Source: Marinilabiliales bacterium
GTDB taxonomy: Bacteria > Bacteroidota > Bacteroidia > Bacteroidales > SZUA-534
Direction: 5' to 3'
DNA length: 64,000 nucleotides
Assembly (NCBI GenBank): GCA_003512955.1
Contig: DOTG01000020.1
Span: forward strand, 31,632-95,631
Shown in pieces: positions 28,016 through 36,505 of this stretch. A program made the position numbers and the translations under genes. Within the stretch, counting starts at the first letter, position 1; every line of letters begins with the position of its first letter. A model generated the notes under the pieces. It searched no databases and had not been told where the DNA came from. It was given only the letters and a program-made list of their open reading frames with translations.

Positions 28016-28869
28016 TATTTCATTTTTTCTACAGTTAATTTCAATCCTTCAGTAATGTTAACTTTGGGTTTCCAGCCTAAGGCAATCATGGCACTGTTAT
28101 CAACCTCGCTTTTCATTAATTCGTTTGGGCGATAAGGGATTGCTCCAAAGTTTAGTGTGGTTGAACTGCCGGTTAATGTTTTTAAGGTGAGCATGAGCTC
28201 TCTAATCGAAATGAGTTCGGTTGTACTTACTTCAAACTCATTAAAGTTACCCTGCAATCCTTCCAGTTTATTTACCACCAGTTTATACGCTTCAATTAAA
28301 TCGGTAAAGTATACAAAGTTACGCTGAGGCTCACCTTTGGTTAATGCAATTTCTGGCTCATTGGCTAATAATCGTTTTGCCATTAAGCTAATAAAATTTG
28401 TATCGGGGCATTCGGGGCCGTAAAAATGCTCGAGGGGCATATTAACAATCTTAATCTCATTTTGCCTGTGTTTGAGCCAGTCGGTAAATTGCTTTTTGGT
28501 TAAGGAATAGATGCTGGTATAACGGTCTAAAACAGTATCGGTATTGATAAAATACTCCACCTTGTTTTCAATGGCTTTTTCTAACAAATTTAGTGGAGCT
28601 AATAAGTTTGCCTGCAATAATTGTTGTTTGCTTTCACCATTCCTTCCGTATAGCGTTGCTGCGTAAATGATACTATCAATTTTTTGTTCTGCAAACAGTT
28701 TATCCAACCCGGCATCATTTGCTTCATAAACCGGAAAGGTCTCGCCCTGCAAGCGGATAAGGTTTTTTGTGCTGATTTCGAGACCAACAATGTTGTAATC
28801 GGGTTTAAAAAGTTTAGCCAGATTACTGCCCAAAAATCCATTTATGCCTGTTATGAGTATAGTTTTCAT
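28015..28869 (-). CDS. prt: CDP-3,6-dideoxyhexose synthase-like SDR (CDP-paratose/abequose synthase, RfbS/RfbJ-like)
   Basis: ILITGINGFLGSNL, YSLTKKQ (YxxxK), about 280 aa, positioned between the E3-like and tyv-like genes. Specificity (paratose versus abequose) is inferred from the neighbouring tyv. Confidence 0.6.
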   Translation of the reverse strand: MKTILITGINGFLGSNLAKLFKPDYNIVGLEISTKNLIRLQGETFPVYEANDAGLDKLFAEQKIDSIIYAATLYGRNGESKQQLLQANLLAPLNLLEKAIENKVEYFINTDTVLDRYTSIYSLTKKQFTDWLKHRQNEIKIVNMPLEHFYGPECPDTNFISLMAKRLLANEPEIALTKGEPQRNFVYFTDLIEAYKLVVNKLEGLQGNFNEFEVSTTELISIRELMLTLKTLTGSSTTLNFGAIPYRPNELMKSEVDNSAMIALGWKPKVNITEGLKLTVEKMK

Positions 28870-28947
28870 TTATGATTTATTACCACGGATTACACAGATT
28901 TTCATAGATCGGTTTTTTACGATTACATTTGTAATCTAAATAGTATT

Positions 28948-29640
28948 TTATTCCCAATCGTCGGTTAACACATTTCTTTCAGACACCCCCCGGGAAATTA
29001 AAAAAGCTTTAAAATTCTTTATCATAATTGGCGGACCTGAAATAAAATAGGATGTATCCACTGCATTTTCATTTAAAATTCTTTCAATATTCAACATCCC
29101 TTCAGTGTCCTGGTTCACGATATGTATTATCAAAGTGGGGTTAATTTCCTGGGCCCGAATAAGCTCCTCTTTATAAAAATGATATGCAGCATTTCGTAGT
29201 CCCAGATATAGTACCGGTTTTTCATAAACTGCAAAACCTTCGTGGGTAACTAACGAAAGATAGGGGGTGATGCCGGTACCTCCCGCAATAAAAACCGTAC
29301 CATTTTTAACATGTTCCTGATCAAATAAATCTCCATAAGGCATTTTTAACCAAACAATCGACCCAATATGTAGGGTTTTTTCCATTTGTTGGGTAAAAGC
29401 ACCTTTAACGGCATAGGTAATTCTAATGGTTTCATCATCGGGGTTGCTTTGCATCGAAAAACAACGCGATTCTGGCCATTGTCCAGAACCGTCATAGTCT
29501 TCATCGAGAGCAATATGCAGAAACTGTCCCGGGGAAAACTTAAATACCCGGTCCTTCGATTTCATTTCCAGTGTATATACCCCATCACCATGTTGGGTAA
29601 TGTGGGTAATTTCTGATTGGTGTTTCTTAACAATTGACAT
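28948..29640 (-). CDS. FNR-type flavin reductase, E3 (CDP-6-deoxy-delta-3,4-glucoseen reductase)-like but without a ferredoxin domain
   Basis: RCFSM (RxYS-type FAD motif) and FIAGGTGITP (NAD(P)H motif). Only 230 aa with a single Cys, so there is no plant-type 2Fe-2S domain. Confidence 0.6.
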   Translation of the reverse strand: MSIVKKHQSEITHITQHGDGVYTLEMKSKDRVFKFSPGQFLHIALDEDYDGSGQWPESRCFSMQSNPDDETIRITYAVKGAFTQQMEKTLHIGSIVWLKMPYGDLFDQEHVKNGTVFIAGGTGITPYLSLVTHEGFAVYEKPVLYLGLRNAAYHFYKEELIRAQEINPTLIIHIVNQDTEGMLNIERILNENAVDTSYFISGPPIMIKNFKAFLISRGVSERNVLTDDWE

Positions 29641-29653
29641 AATTTCATTTTTT

Positions 29654-29699
29654 TTTCACAGTGCTACACGGTGTTCTACACAGAGTTACACCGTGTAAC
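29654..29699. repeat. 46-bp junction module, copy L: tttcacagtg + 21 nt + palindrome GTTACACCGTGTAAC
   Basis: Read directly. It pairs with copy R at 30080-30125 with identical internal spacing (33/46 identical by my count). It also contains the palindrome ACAC-g-GTGT at 29666-29674. Confidence 0.75.
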
Positions 29700-29701
29700 C
29701 T

Positions 29702-30073
29702 TCATAAAATAAACCGTTTTATTCCATCTTTTAGACTTTTAACATTGAAATTCAGGAGCAAACCGACCTTTTTATTTCCAAATCGTAGATGTGTTAACTC
29801 TTGTGCGAAATGAACATCATGGAAGTATTCTACAGTTTTTAGTTCTACTACAACAATATTTTCCACCAATAAATCCATACGGTAACCACAATCAAGTTTT
29901 ACCTCCTCATAAACAACCGGAACTGGTTTTTCTTCTTCGACAATCAACCCCTTTTTTCTTAATTCATAAGCCAAACAAGTTTTGTACGCTGATTCTAGTA
30001 GTCCTGGCCCTAGGGCTGTATGCACTTTGTAAGCAGAATCCAGAATTTCGTGGGTTATTTCATTTATATCCAT
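29702..30073 (-). CDS. GxxExxY protein (small PD-(D/E)XK nuclease-superfamily protein)
   Basis: GPGLLESAYKTCL carries the G-x-x-E-x-x-Y motif. YRMDLLVENIVVVELKTV gives D...E-x-K. 123 aa. Confidence 0.85.
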   Translation of the reverse strand: MDINEITHEILDSAYKVHTALGPGLLESAYKTCLAYELRKKGLIVEEEKPVPVVYEEVKLDCGYRMDLLVENIVVVELKTVEYFHDVHFAQELTHLRFGNKKVGLLLNFNVKSLKDGIKRFIL

Positions 30074-30079
30074 ACCTTA

Positions 30080-30125
30080 TTTCACAGTGTTCCTTAGTGA
30101 AATACCTTGAGTTACTCAGAGTAAC
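30080..30125. repeat. 46-bp junction module, copy R: tttcacagtg + 21 nt + palindrome GTTACTCAGAGTAAC (overlaps the rfbH stop)
   Basis: Read directly. The palindrome at 30111-30125 covers the last four rfbH codons plus the stop codon. Confidence 0.75.
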
Positions 30126-31431
30126 TTTTTAAAAAATTCTGTAGAACTTCAGCTGCATAACTGAACATTTCTATAGTTAATCCCGGATAGGTTCCTAAAA
30201 AGAAGGTATTGTTCATAATAAAATCCGTTTGAACCAGATGTTCAGCTATTCGCATTTGTTTATTCATAAATGCAGGTTGCTTGGTCATGTTACCGGCAAA
30301 AAGGTTGCGCGTTTCAATCAGATTGGCATTGAGGTGTCCGGTAATTTCATCCCGGGTAAAAGGGGCATCGGGCTTTACCGTGACAATAAACGCAAACCAC
30401 GATGGATCGGATTTAGGTGTAGCTTGTGGTAAAATAAAATAGGCACTATATTTTTCGAAGATGCTATACCAGGTTTTAAAATTTTGCTTCCTTCTTTCAG
30501 TAAATTCGGGTAGTTTGTCAATCTGGGCTGCACCAATAGCTGCTTGCAAATCGGTCATTTTAAGATTAAAGCCGATTTCAGAGTACACGTATTTATGGTC
30601 AAAACCAAAGGGAAGGTTGCCAAATTTTTGCGAAAAACGTTTCCCACAGGTATTGTTTTCACCACCGGCACAATAGCAATCGCGTCCCCAGTCACGGAAC
30701 GCCCTCACCAGATTTGCCAGTTGGGGGTCGTTGGTACATATAGCTCCGCCTTCGCCCGTAGTAATATGGTGTGCCGGATAAAACGAAATGGTAGAAAGAT
30801 GACCAAAAGTACCTGTAAATTTTCCGTTGTATTTGCTTCCAAAGGCATCACAGTTATCTTCAATTACCCATAGGTTATTCTTATTGGCCAATTCCATTAT
30901 GGCATCCACATCGAAAGGGTTACCTAAGGTGTGTGCCAGAAATATACATTTGGTTTTCGGGGTGATGGCTTTTTGCATCATCGAAATATCAATGTCGTAG
31001 GTGGGCAACGTAACATCTACATATACCGGCACCAACCCATACTGAATGATGGGTGTTACTGTTGCCGGGAAACCTGCTGCTACTGAAATAACCTCATCAC
31101 CGGGTTTAAGACGACGATCCCCTAATTTTTCGGAAGTTAAAGCTGAAAAAGCAAGCAGGTTGGCCGATGACCCCGAATTGGTAAGAAGAACGTGTTCAAT
31201 ACCTAAAAAGTTCGAGATTTTTTCAGCAAATTGCTCCGAAAACCGGCCCTCTGTTAACCAGAAGTCGAGCGATGCATCAACGGCATTTACAAGTTCTTTC
31301 TCATCAAAAACGCGCCCAGCATAATTTAATCGTGACTTACCTGGAGAAAATTCCCTTTTTTCAAATCGTTCTTTATAAAATTCCCGTGTAAGTTCCTGAA
31401 TTTGTTTTCTTAATTCTTTTTCTCTACTCAT
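30112..31431 (-). CDS. rfbH: CDP-6-deoxy-L-threo-D-glycero-4-hexulose-3-dehydrase (E1, RfbH/DdhC)
   Basis: DegT/DnrJ fold. SFYPAHHITTGEGG has His in place of the Schiff-base Lys, as in E1. The CYCAGGENNTC (C-x-C-x7-C) Fe-S motif is present. Confidence 0.9.
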   Translation of the reverse strand: MSREKELRKQIQELTREFYKERFEKREFSPGKSRLNYAGRVFDEKELVNAVDASLDFWLTEGRFSEQFAEKISNFLGIEHVLLTNSGSSANLLAFSALTSEKLGDRRLKPGDEVISVAAGFPATVTPIIQYGLVPVYVDVTLPTYDIDISMMQKAITPKTKCIFLAHTLGNPFDVDAIMELANKNNLWVIEDNCDAFGSKYNGKFTGTFGHLSTISFYPAHHITTGEGGAICTNDPQLANLVRAFRDWGRDCYCAGGENNTCGKRFSQKFGNLPFGFDHKYVYSEIGFNLKMTDLQAAIGAAQIDKLPEFTERRKQNFKTWYSIFEKYSAYFILPQATPKSDPSWFAFIVTVKPDAPFTRDEITGHLNANLIETRNLFAGNMTKQPAFMNKQMRIAEHLVQTDFIMNNTFFLGTYPGLTIEMFSYAAEVLQNFLKSYSE

Positions 31432-31480
31432 ATTTTAAACTCTGTTATGCTTTGTAAATCCTCAGCGTGACTTTGTGTAA

Positions 31481-32572
31481 CTATAAATTAAAATATCTAT
31501 TTATTTGCTTTAAACAAATTTCTTTTAAATTTTCCTTATTTAAATAGGCTTTAGTCCATTCCACAATACTTTCTAGGGTTGTTTCAATATTCCATTGCGG
31601 ATACCAGTTCAATTCAACCTTGGCTTTTGAACAATCAAGTTTCAAATAATTAGCCTCATGGGGTTGTGGATTTTTATCCACTTCAAAACCAGCCCCATTT
31701 CCCCACAACTCACAAATGCGGTGGGTAATCCACTCTACATTTTGAGCATCACTATCATCAGGCCCCAGGTTCCAACCACCGGCAAATTCAGGACCCTTCT
31801 CGTATAACGCTTTCGCTAAGAACAGGTATCCGGTTAAAGGTTCCAATACATGTTGCCAGGGACGAATGGCGTAAGGACTCCGGATCTGTACTTTTTCACC
31901 TTTAATAATCGACCGAATAAAATCCGGAATCAAGCGATCTTCTGCCCAATCACCACCCCCTATTACATTACCCGCACGAGCACTTGCTAGAGCCACACCA
32001 TGCGTTTGATACTCTTTTGAATTAAAATAAGAGTTGCGGTAAGCAGCTGTAGCCAGTTCTGAACACCCTTTGCTGTTCGAATAAGGATCATATCCTCCCA
32101 TGGGTTCACTTTCACGATAACCCCAATGCCACTCCCGGTTTTCATAGCATTTATCAGTAGTTACATTAACCACAGCTTTAATACCCCTGTTTTGTCTGAT
32201 AGCTTCTAAAAGGTTTACTGTTCCCATCACATTTATGGCATAGGTTTCTACAGGATTTTTATACGACTCGCGAACCAAAGGTTGGGCTGCCATATGAATT
32301 ACAATCTCCGGTTGGTTCACTTCTATCGCTTTTATAAGCATTGACAAATCTCGCACATCGCCAATAATATGGGTTATCTCTTTTTCAATGCCTATCTGCT
32401 CAAATAAACTGGGCGTTGTAGGTGGTTCCAAAGCATAACCAATGACTTTTGCGCCCATCTGATTCAACAATAAGCATATCCAGGAACCTTTAAAACCGGT
32501 ATGCCCGGTAATAAATACTTTTTTACCTTTATAAAAAGCAGCTAGGCTTTTGTAATCTACCATTTTATCCAT
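31481..32572 (-). CDS. rfbG: CDP-glucose 4,6-dehydratase
   Basis: KKVFITGHTGFKGSWICLLL and YSNSKGCSEL (YxxxK). The length and order after rfbF fit. Confidence 0.9.
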   Translation of the reverse strand: MDKMVDYKSLAAFYKGKKVFITGHTGFKGSWICLLLNQMGAKVIGYALEPPTTPSLFEQIGIEKEITHIIGDVRDLSMLIKAIEVNQPEIVIHMAAQPLVRESYKNPVETYAINVMGTVNLLEAIRQNRGIKAVVNVTTDKCYENREWHWGYRESEPMGGYDPYSNSKGCSELATAAYRNSYFNSKEYQTHGVALASARAGNVIGGGDWAEDRLIPDFIRSIIKGEKVQIRSPYAIRPWQHVLEPLTGYLFLAKALYEKGPEFAGGWNLGPDDSDAQNVEWITHRICELWGNGAGFEVDKNPQPHEANYLKLDCSKAKVELNWYPQWNIETTLESIVEWTKAYLNKENLKEICLKQINRYFNL

Positions 32573-33327
32573 GGGGCATGTCCTTTTTCAATAAGTTCTT
32601 CCAATTGGGTTTTATCACGCAATGTATCCATGGGTTTCCAAAAACCACCATGCTTAAATGTGTACAATTTTTTGTCTTTGGCTAAATTCTCTAAAGGTTC
32701 TTTTTCAAAAACCGTAGCATCCCTTTCTATATAATCCAGCACTTCAGGTTCACACACAAAAAAACCACCATTTATCCAGCCACCATCACCCTTCGGCTTC
32801 TCAACAAAACTCTCCACCCTATTGTCATCATATATGGTTAATGCTCCAAAACGTCCTTCAGGTTGCACCGAAGTCATGGTTATTATACCCTCATGTTTTT
32901 CATGGAATTTCACCAACTCACTTATATTCACATCAGCAACCCCATCCCCATAAGTTATCATAAATCGCTCGTTGCCAATATAATCTTTCACTCGTTTTAT
33001 GCGACCTCCTGTCATAGTATTCACACCAGTATCAACAAGGGTAACCCTCCATGGTTCTGCTTTCGATTTATGATATTCAACAGTATTATTACTCAAATCT
33101 ATGGTCATATCAGCCATGTGCCGGTAATAATTAGCAAAGTATTCCTTAATTAAATACCCCTTATAACCCAGCAATATGATAAATTCGTTAAATCCATAAT
33201 GGGAATAAATTTTCATTATATGCCACAGAATGGGTTTATCCCCAATTTCTACCATCGGTTTGGGCTTAAGTGTGGTTTCTTCTGATAAGCGGGAACCTAA
33301 TCCCCCTGCTAAAATAAGTACTTTCAT
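32557..33327 (-). CDS. rfbF: Glucose-1-phosphate cytidylyltransferase
   Basis: MKVLILAGGLGSRLSEETTLKPKPMVEIGDKPILWHIM from the ATG at 33325-33327. The 28-codon extension in the track overlaps the fcl 3' end and is probably spurious. Confidence 0.9.
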   Translation of the reverse strand: MKVLILAGGLGSRLSEETTLKPKPMVEIGDKPILWHIMKIYSHYGFNEFIILLGYKGYLIKEYFANYYRHMADMTIDLSNNTVEYHKSKAEPWRVTLVDTGVNTMTGGRIKRVKDYIGNERFMITYGDGVADVNISELVKFHEKHEGIITMTSVQPEGRFGALTIYDDNRVESFVEKPKGDGGWINGGFFVCEPEVLDYIERDATVFEKEPLENLAKDKKLYTFKHGGFWKPMDTLRDKTQLEELIEKGHAPWIKW

Positions 33328-33347
33328 AAAAGTTGTATTTAATTCTT

Positions 33348-34460
33348 TCACTTTTTGTAATTCCGGTACACCCGCCCTATCCCCTCGTCCAGGCCTACCT
33401 TCTCCTTCCAACCCAGTTGGTGTATCTTCGAAACATCGAGCAGTTTTTTGGGGGTCCCGTCGGGTTTGGCTCTGTCCCAGGTTAATTCACCTTCAAATCC
33501 CACGATGTGTTTTACTTTTTCGGCCAGTTCCTTAATGGTCAAATCCTTTCCTGTCCCAATATTGATGTGGGTATTTTTAATCTCTTCCGATTTCTGACTT
33601 TGGGAGACAGGTTCAATCAACTGTTTAAACTCGACATGTTGCAGGCAATATACACAGGCTTCGGCTAAATCTTCCACATATAAAAATTCGCGGAAAGGTG
33701 AACCTGTTCCCCATAAAGTTACTGAAACACGATTCAGATCGCCTGTTTCTGTTTTTTTCGTAATTCCATATTTGGCCAATTTATCGAGTATCGCTGATTC
33801 TGAGGTCTCTCCGGAAACTCCTTCAATGGGCAATTTGTTTAAGTCAGCACGAAGAGCACCCCAATCGTTATTCATTAAACACTTGCCTATGTGCATTTTA
33901 CGGATGAGTGCCGGCAGCACATGGCTCTTTTCCAGATCGTAATTATCGTTGGGGCCATACAGGTTGGTGGGCATCACCGAAATAAAGTTGGTGCCGTACT
34001 GGATGTTGTACGACTCGCACATCTTGATACCCGCAATCTTGGCAATGGCATACGGTTCGTTGGTATATTCCAGGTCGTTGGTCAGCAGGTATTCCTCTTT
34101 CAACGGCTGGGGAGCCAACTTGGGGTAGATGCATGAAGAGCCCAGGAACAGCAGCTTCTTTACCCCATTCAGGTAAGCATGGTGGATGATGTTGTTCTGT
34201 ATCATCAGGTTCTCGTAAATAAACTGCGCCCTGTAAATATTGTTTGCCACTATTCCTCCAACCTTAGCCGCAGCCAGAACTACATATTCGGGTTTTTCAG
34301 CCGCAAAAAATTCTGCTACCGCTTGCTGGTTGGTTAAATCGAGTTCTCCAAATCCGCGGTAAACTAAATTGTGGTACCCCAGCTTCTGCATCTCCCGCAT
34401 GATGGCCGAGCCGACCATTCCCTTGTGCCCGGCGATGTATATTTTCGAATCTTTTTCCAT
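33348..34460 (-). CDS. fcl: GDP-L-fucose synthase (GDP-4-keto-6-deoxymannose 3,5-epimerase/4-reductase), long Bacteroidota form
   Basis: [32 protein letters not shown]. Confidence 0.9.
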   Translation of the reverse strand: MEKDSKIYIAGHKGMVGSAIMREMQKLGYHNLVYRGFGELDLTNQQAVAEFFAAEKPEYVVLAAAKVGGIVANNIYRAQFIYENLMIQNNIIHHAYLNGVKKLLFLGSSCIYPKLAPQPLKEEYLLTNDLEYTNEPYAIAKIAGIKMCESYNIQYGTNFISVMPTNLYGPNDNYDLEKSHVLPALIRKMHIGKCLMNNDWGALRADLNKLPIEGVSGETSESAILDKLAKYGITKKTETGDLNRVSVTLWGTGSPFREFLYVEDLAEACVYCLQHVEFKQLIEPVSQSQKSEEIKNTHINIGTGKDLTIKELAEKVKHIVGFEGELTWDRAKPDGTPKKLLDVSKIHQLGWKEKVGLDEGIGRVYRNYKK

Positions 34461-34619
34461 TTAATAAACCATTAAGGAATTAAGTAAATCATTCGGGAAG
34501 CATTTTGAAATATCCATTTACAAATGGCTTCACCAGTTTAGTAATATTATCGGTGTAAAAATTAATAAGGAAACCCTGTGGCTTTTTTCTTTGCTAGACT
34601 ATTCTAAATGCCTTAATGG

Positions 34620-35660
34620 TTAAAGCCGTCCTTTTTGTTTTTCGTAATCGGCTTTTATCATAATCTTCACCAAATCCCCAAAGGTGGTCTTTGGTTCCCA
34701 TCCCAAATCGCGCCTGGCTTTGGCATAATCGCCTATCAACAATTCCACTTCCGTGGGGCGGAAATACCGGGGATTAATACTAACGACCCTTTTACCGCTT
34801 GACTTCAGGATACCAACTTCATTCACTCCGCTTCCCTTCCATTCCACTTCTTCATTGAAATACCGGAATGATTCCTCGATAAATTCACGGACGGTATGGG
34901 TTTCGTTGGTAGCCAGCACGTAATCGTCGGCTTTTGCGGCCTGGAGCATCCGCCACATGCCTTCAACGTACTCGGGCGCATAGCCCCAGTCGCGTTTGGC
35001 ATCCAAATTTCCCAACAGCAGTTCATCTTCCAATCCCAACATAATTTTAGCAACGGCCACAGTGATTTTCCGGGTCACAAAGGTTTTTCCGCGCCGTTCG
35101 CTTTCGTGATTGAACAAAATACCGTTGCAGGCAAACAGGTTGTAAGCCTCGCGGTAGTTTTTCACAATCCAGAAAGCATACAGTTTTGCCGCGGCATACG
35201 GGCTCCGTGGGTAAAACGGTGTTTTTTCGGTCTGGGGTATTTCCTGCACTTTCCCGTATAGCTCCGAAGTAGATGCCTGATAGAATTTTGTTTTGATGCC
35301 GGTCTCTTTTATGGCATCCAGAAACCTCAATGTCCCCACACCGTCCACCTCGGCAGTATATTCAGGTACCTCAAACGACACCTGGACGTGGCTCTGTGCC
35401 CCAAGGTTGTATATCTCGTCGGGCTGTACCTTTTCTACAACCCGGTTCAGGTTGCTGGAGTCGGTCAGGTCGCCATAGTGCAGAAAGAACTGCTTGTTCA
35501 GGTACTCCGGGTTGTTGTAAATATGGTCAATCCGGAAAGTGTTGAAGCTGCTCGAACGGCGGATGATGCCATGAACTTCGTATCCTTTCTCTAACAATAG
35601 CTCCGTCAAATAGGACCCGTCCTGTCCAGTGATCCCTGATATTAAGGCTGTTTTTTTCAT
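34620..35660 (-). CDS. gmd: GDP-mannose 4,6-dehydratase
   Basis: [53 protein letters not shown]. The track start at 35678 is a GTG. The ATG at 35658-35660 (MKKTALISG) is more likely. Confidence 0.9.
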   Translation of the reverse strand: MKKTALISGITGQDGSYLTELLLEKGYEVHGIIRRSSSFNTFRIDHIYNNPEYLNKQFFLHYGDLTDSSNLNRVVEKVQPDEIYNLGAQSHVQVSFEVPEYTAEVDGVGTLRFLDAIKETGIKTKFYQASTSELYGKVQEIPQTEKTPFYPRSPYAAAKLYAFWIVKNYREAYNLFACNGILFNHESERRGKTFVTRKITVAVAKIMLGLEDELLLGNLDAKRDWGYAPEYVEGMWRMLQAAKADDYVLATNETHTVREFIEESFRYFNEEVEWKGSGVNEVGILKSSGKRVVSINPRYFRPTEVELLIGDYAKARRDLGWEPKTTFGDLVKIMIKADYEKQKGRL

Positions 35661-35869
35661 GTTTATTATTTTTGCCACGAATTACACGGGTTTTATAAAT
35701 TTCTAATTATGTTATTCATTGGAATTTATCATGCCGTTATTAACTGATTACTATAATCTCTAAATTTCATTATTGGTGAAGTTTTGGTTCATTATCCCCC
35801 CTAATTTCAAAGCTTCGCCTCCTCAGTCCCATTCTCAGGGTGAGCAAAGCGGTTGGAAAAGCAAAGAAA

Positions 35870-36367
35870 CTACAATTTCATCACATCCTTGGCATCGATT
35901 TCCAGTTTTAATGAAAACCCAATGTGGCTGATGCGGATGAGAAAGTTTTTTTTATGTGTGGCGCGTATCATCTCCCCTTCAGCTCCTTTCATTGGGCCTG
36001 AAATAATCTTCACCAAAACACCCGGTTCAATAGTATCTGCGCTAATTTCAATATCGACATTTTTATCCAATGCCAGTTTCAGGGCTTCTATCTGCTTTTC
36101 GGGAATGGGTGCCGCTTTCCCTTCAAAAGTAACATACCCAATAGCTCCAGGAGTTTCCAAAATCCGGTAGTATTCCCGCTCCGAAACATGAACAAACACA
36201 TACGAAGGGATCAATGGCAGCTCTACCATCTTTTTCCTATCGCTCCATTGCCGGAGAGTCTTAATTAAAGGTAAGTAAACAGTGTATCCATTTCGGGTCA
36301 TGAGTTCATTCACCTTTTTCTCATTCCTCGATTTGGTATAAACTGCATACCAGTTCTTCGTTTCCAT
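35870..36367 (-). CDS. UpxY-family (NusG-like) transcription antiterminator, first gene of the polysaccharide operon
   Basis: NGN-like NWYAVYTKSRNEKKV and KOW-like GVLVKIISGPMKGAEGEMI. 165 aa, at the 5' end of a long unidirectional glycan operon. Confidence 0.85.
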   Translation of the reverse strand: METKNWYAVYTKSRNEKKVNELMTRNGYTVYLPLIKTLRQWSDRKKMVELPLIPSYVFVHVSEREYYRILETPGAIGYVTFEGKAAPIPEKQIEALKLALDKNVDIEISADTIEPGVLVKIISGPMKGAEGEMIRATHKKNFLIRISHIGFSLKLEIDAKDVMKL

Positions 36368-36396
36368 CGCTTTGCTTCCAGTTGGGGTTTCAAAAA

Positions 36397-36404
36397 CAAA
36401 AATA
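36397..36404 (-). promoter_or_regulatory. Candidate -7 box TATTTTTG upstream of upxY
   Basis: Minus-strand TATTTTTG matches TAnnTTTG, 30 nt before the upxY ATG (36367). Confidence 0.35.
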
Positions 36405-36505
36405 ACACTTCAAACGCCGATTTTCCTTTACTATGCGACAAAAAACACGAGCTATTTGATAAATCGCCCGGATCGTACTGTTGAAAGAATGTAAAACCTG
36501 AGGTT

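Noticed and set aside
33328-33411. N-terminal extension [14 protein letters not shown]... of the rfbF ORF
   Set aside because: It overlaps the 3' end of fcl in another frame. The canonical cytidylyltransferase N-terminus MKVLILAGGLGSR starts at the internal ATG at 33327.
34823-35594. Cluster of 60-120-aa ORFs on both strands inside gmd
   Set aside because: They are artefacts of the locally higher GC content. gmd has unambiguous motifs across the whole interval.
36368-36505. Invertible (phase-variable) promoter upstream of upxY, as in Bacteroides capsule loci
   Set aside because: There are no flanking inverted repeats of useful length. The only one is a 6-bp AAAACC/GGTTTT hairpin after the ATPase stop. 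No recombinase gene is nearby.
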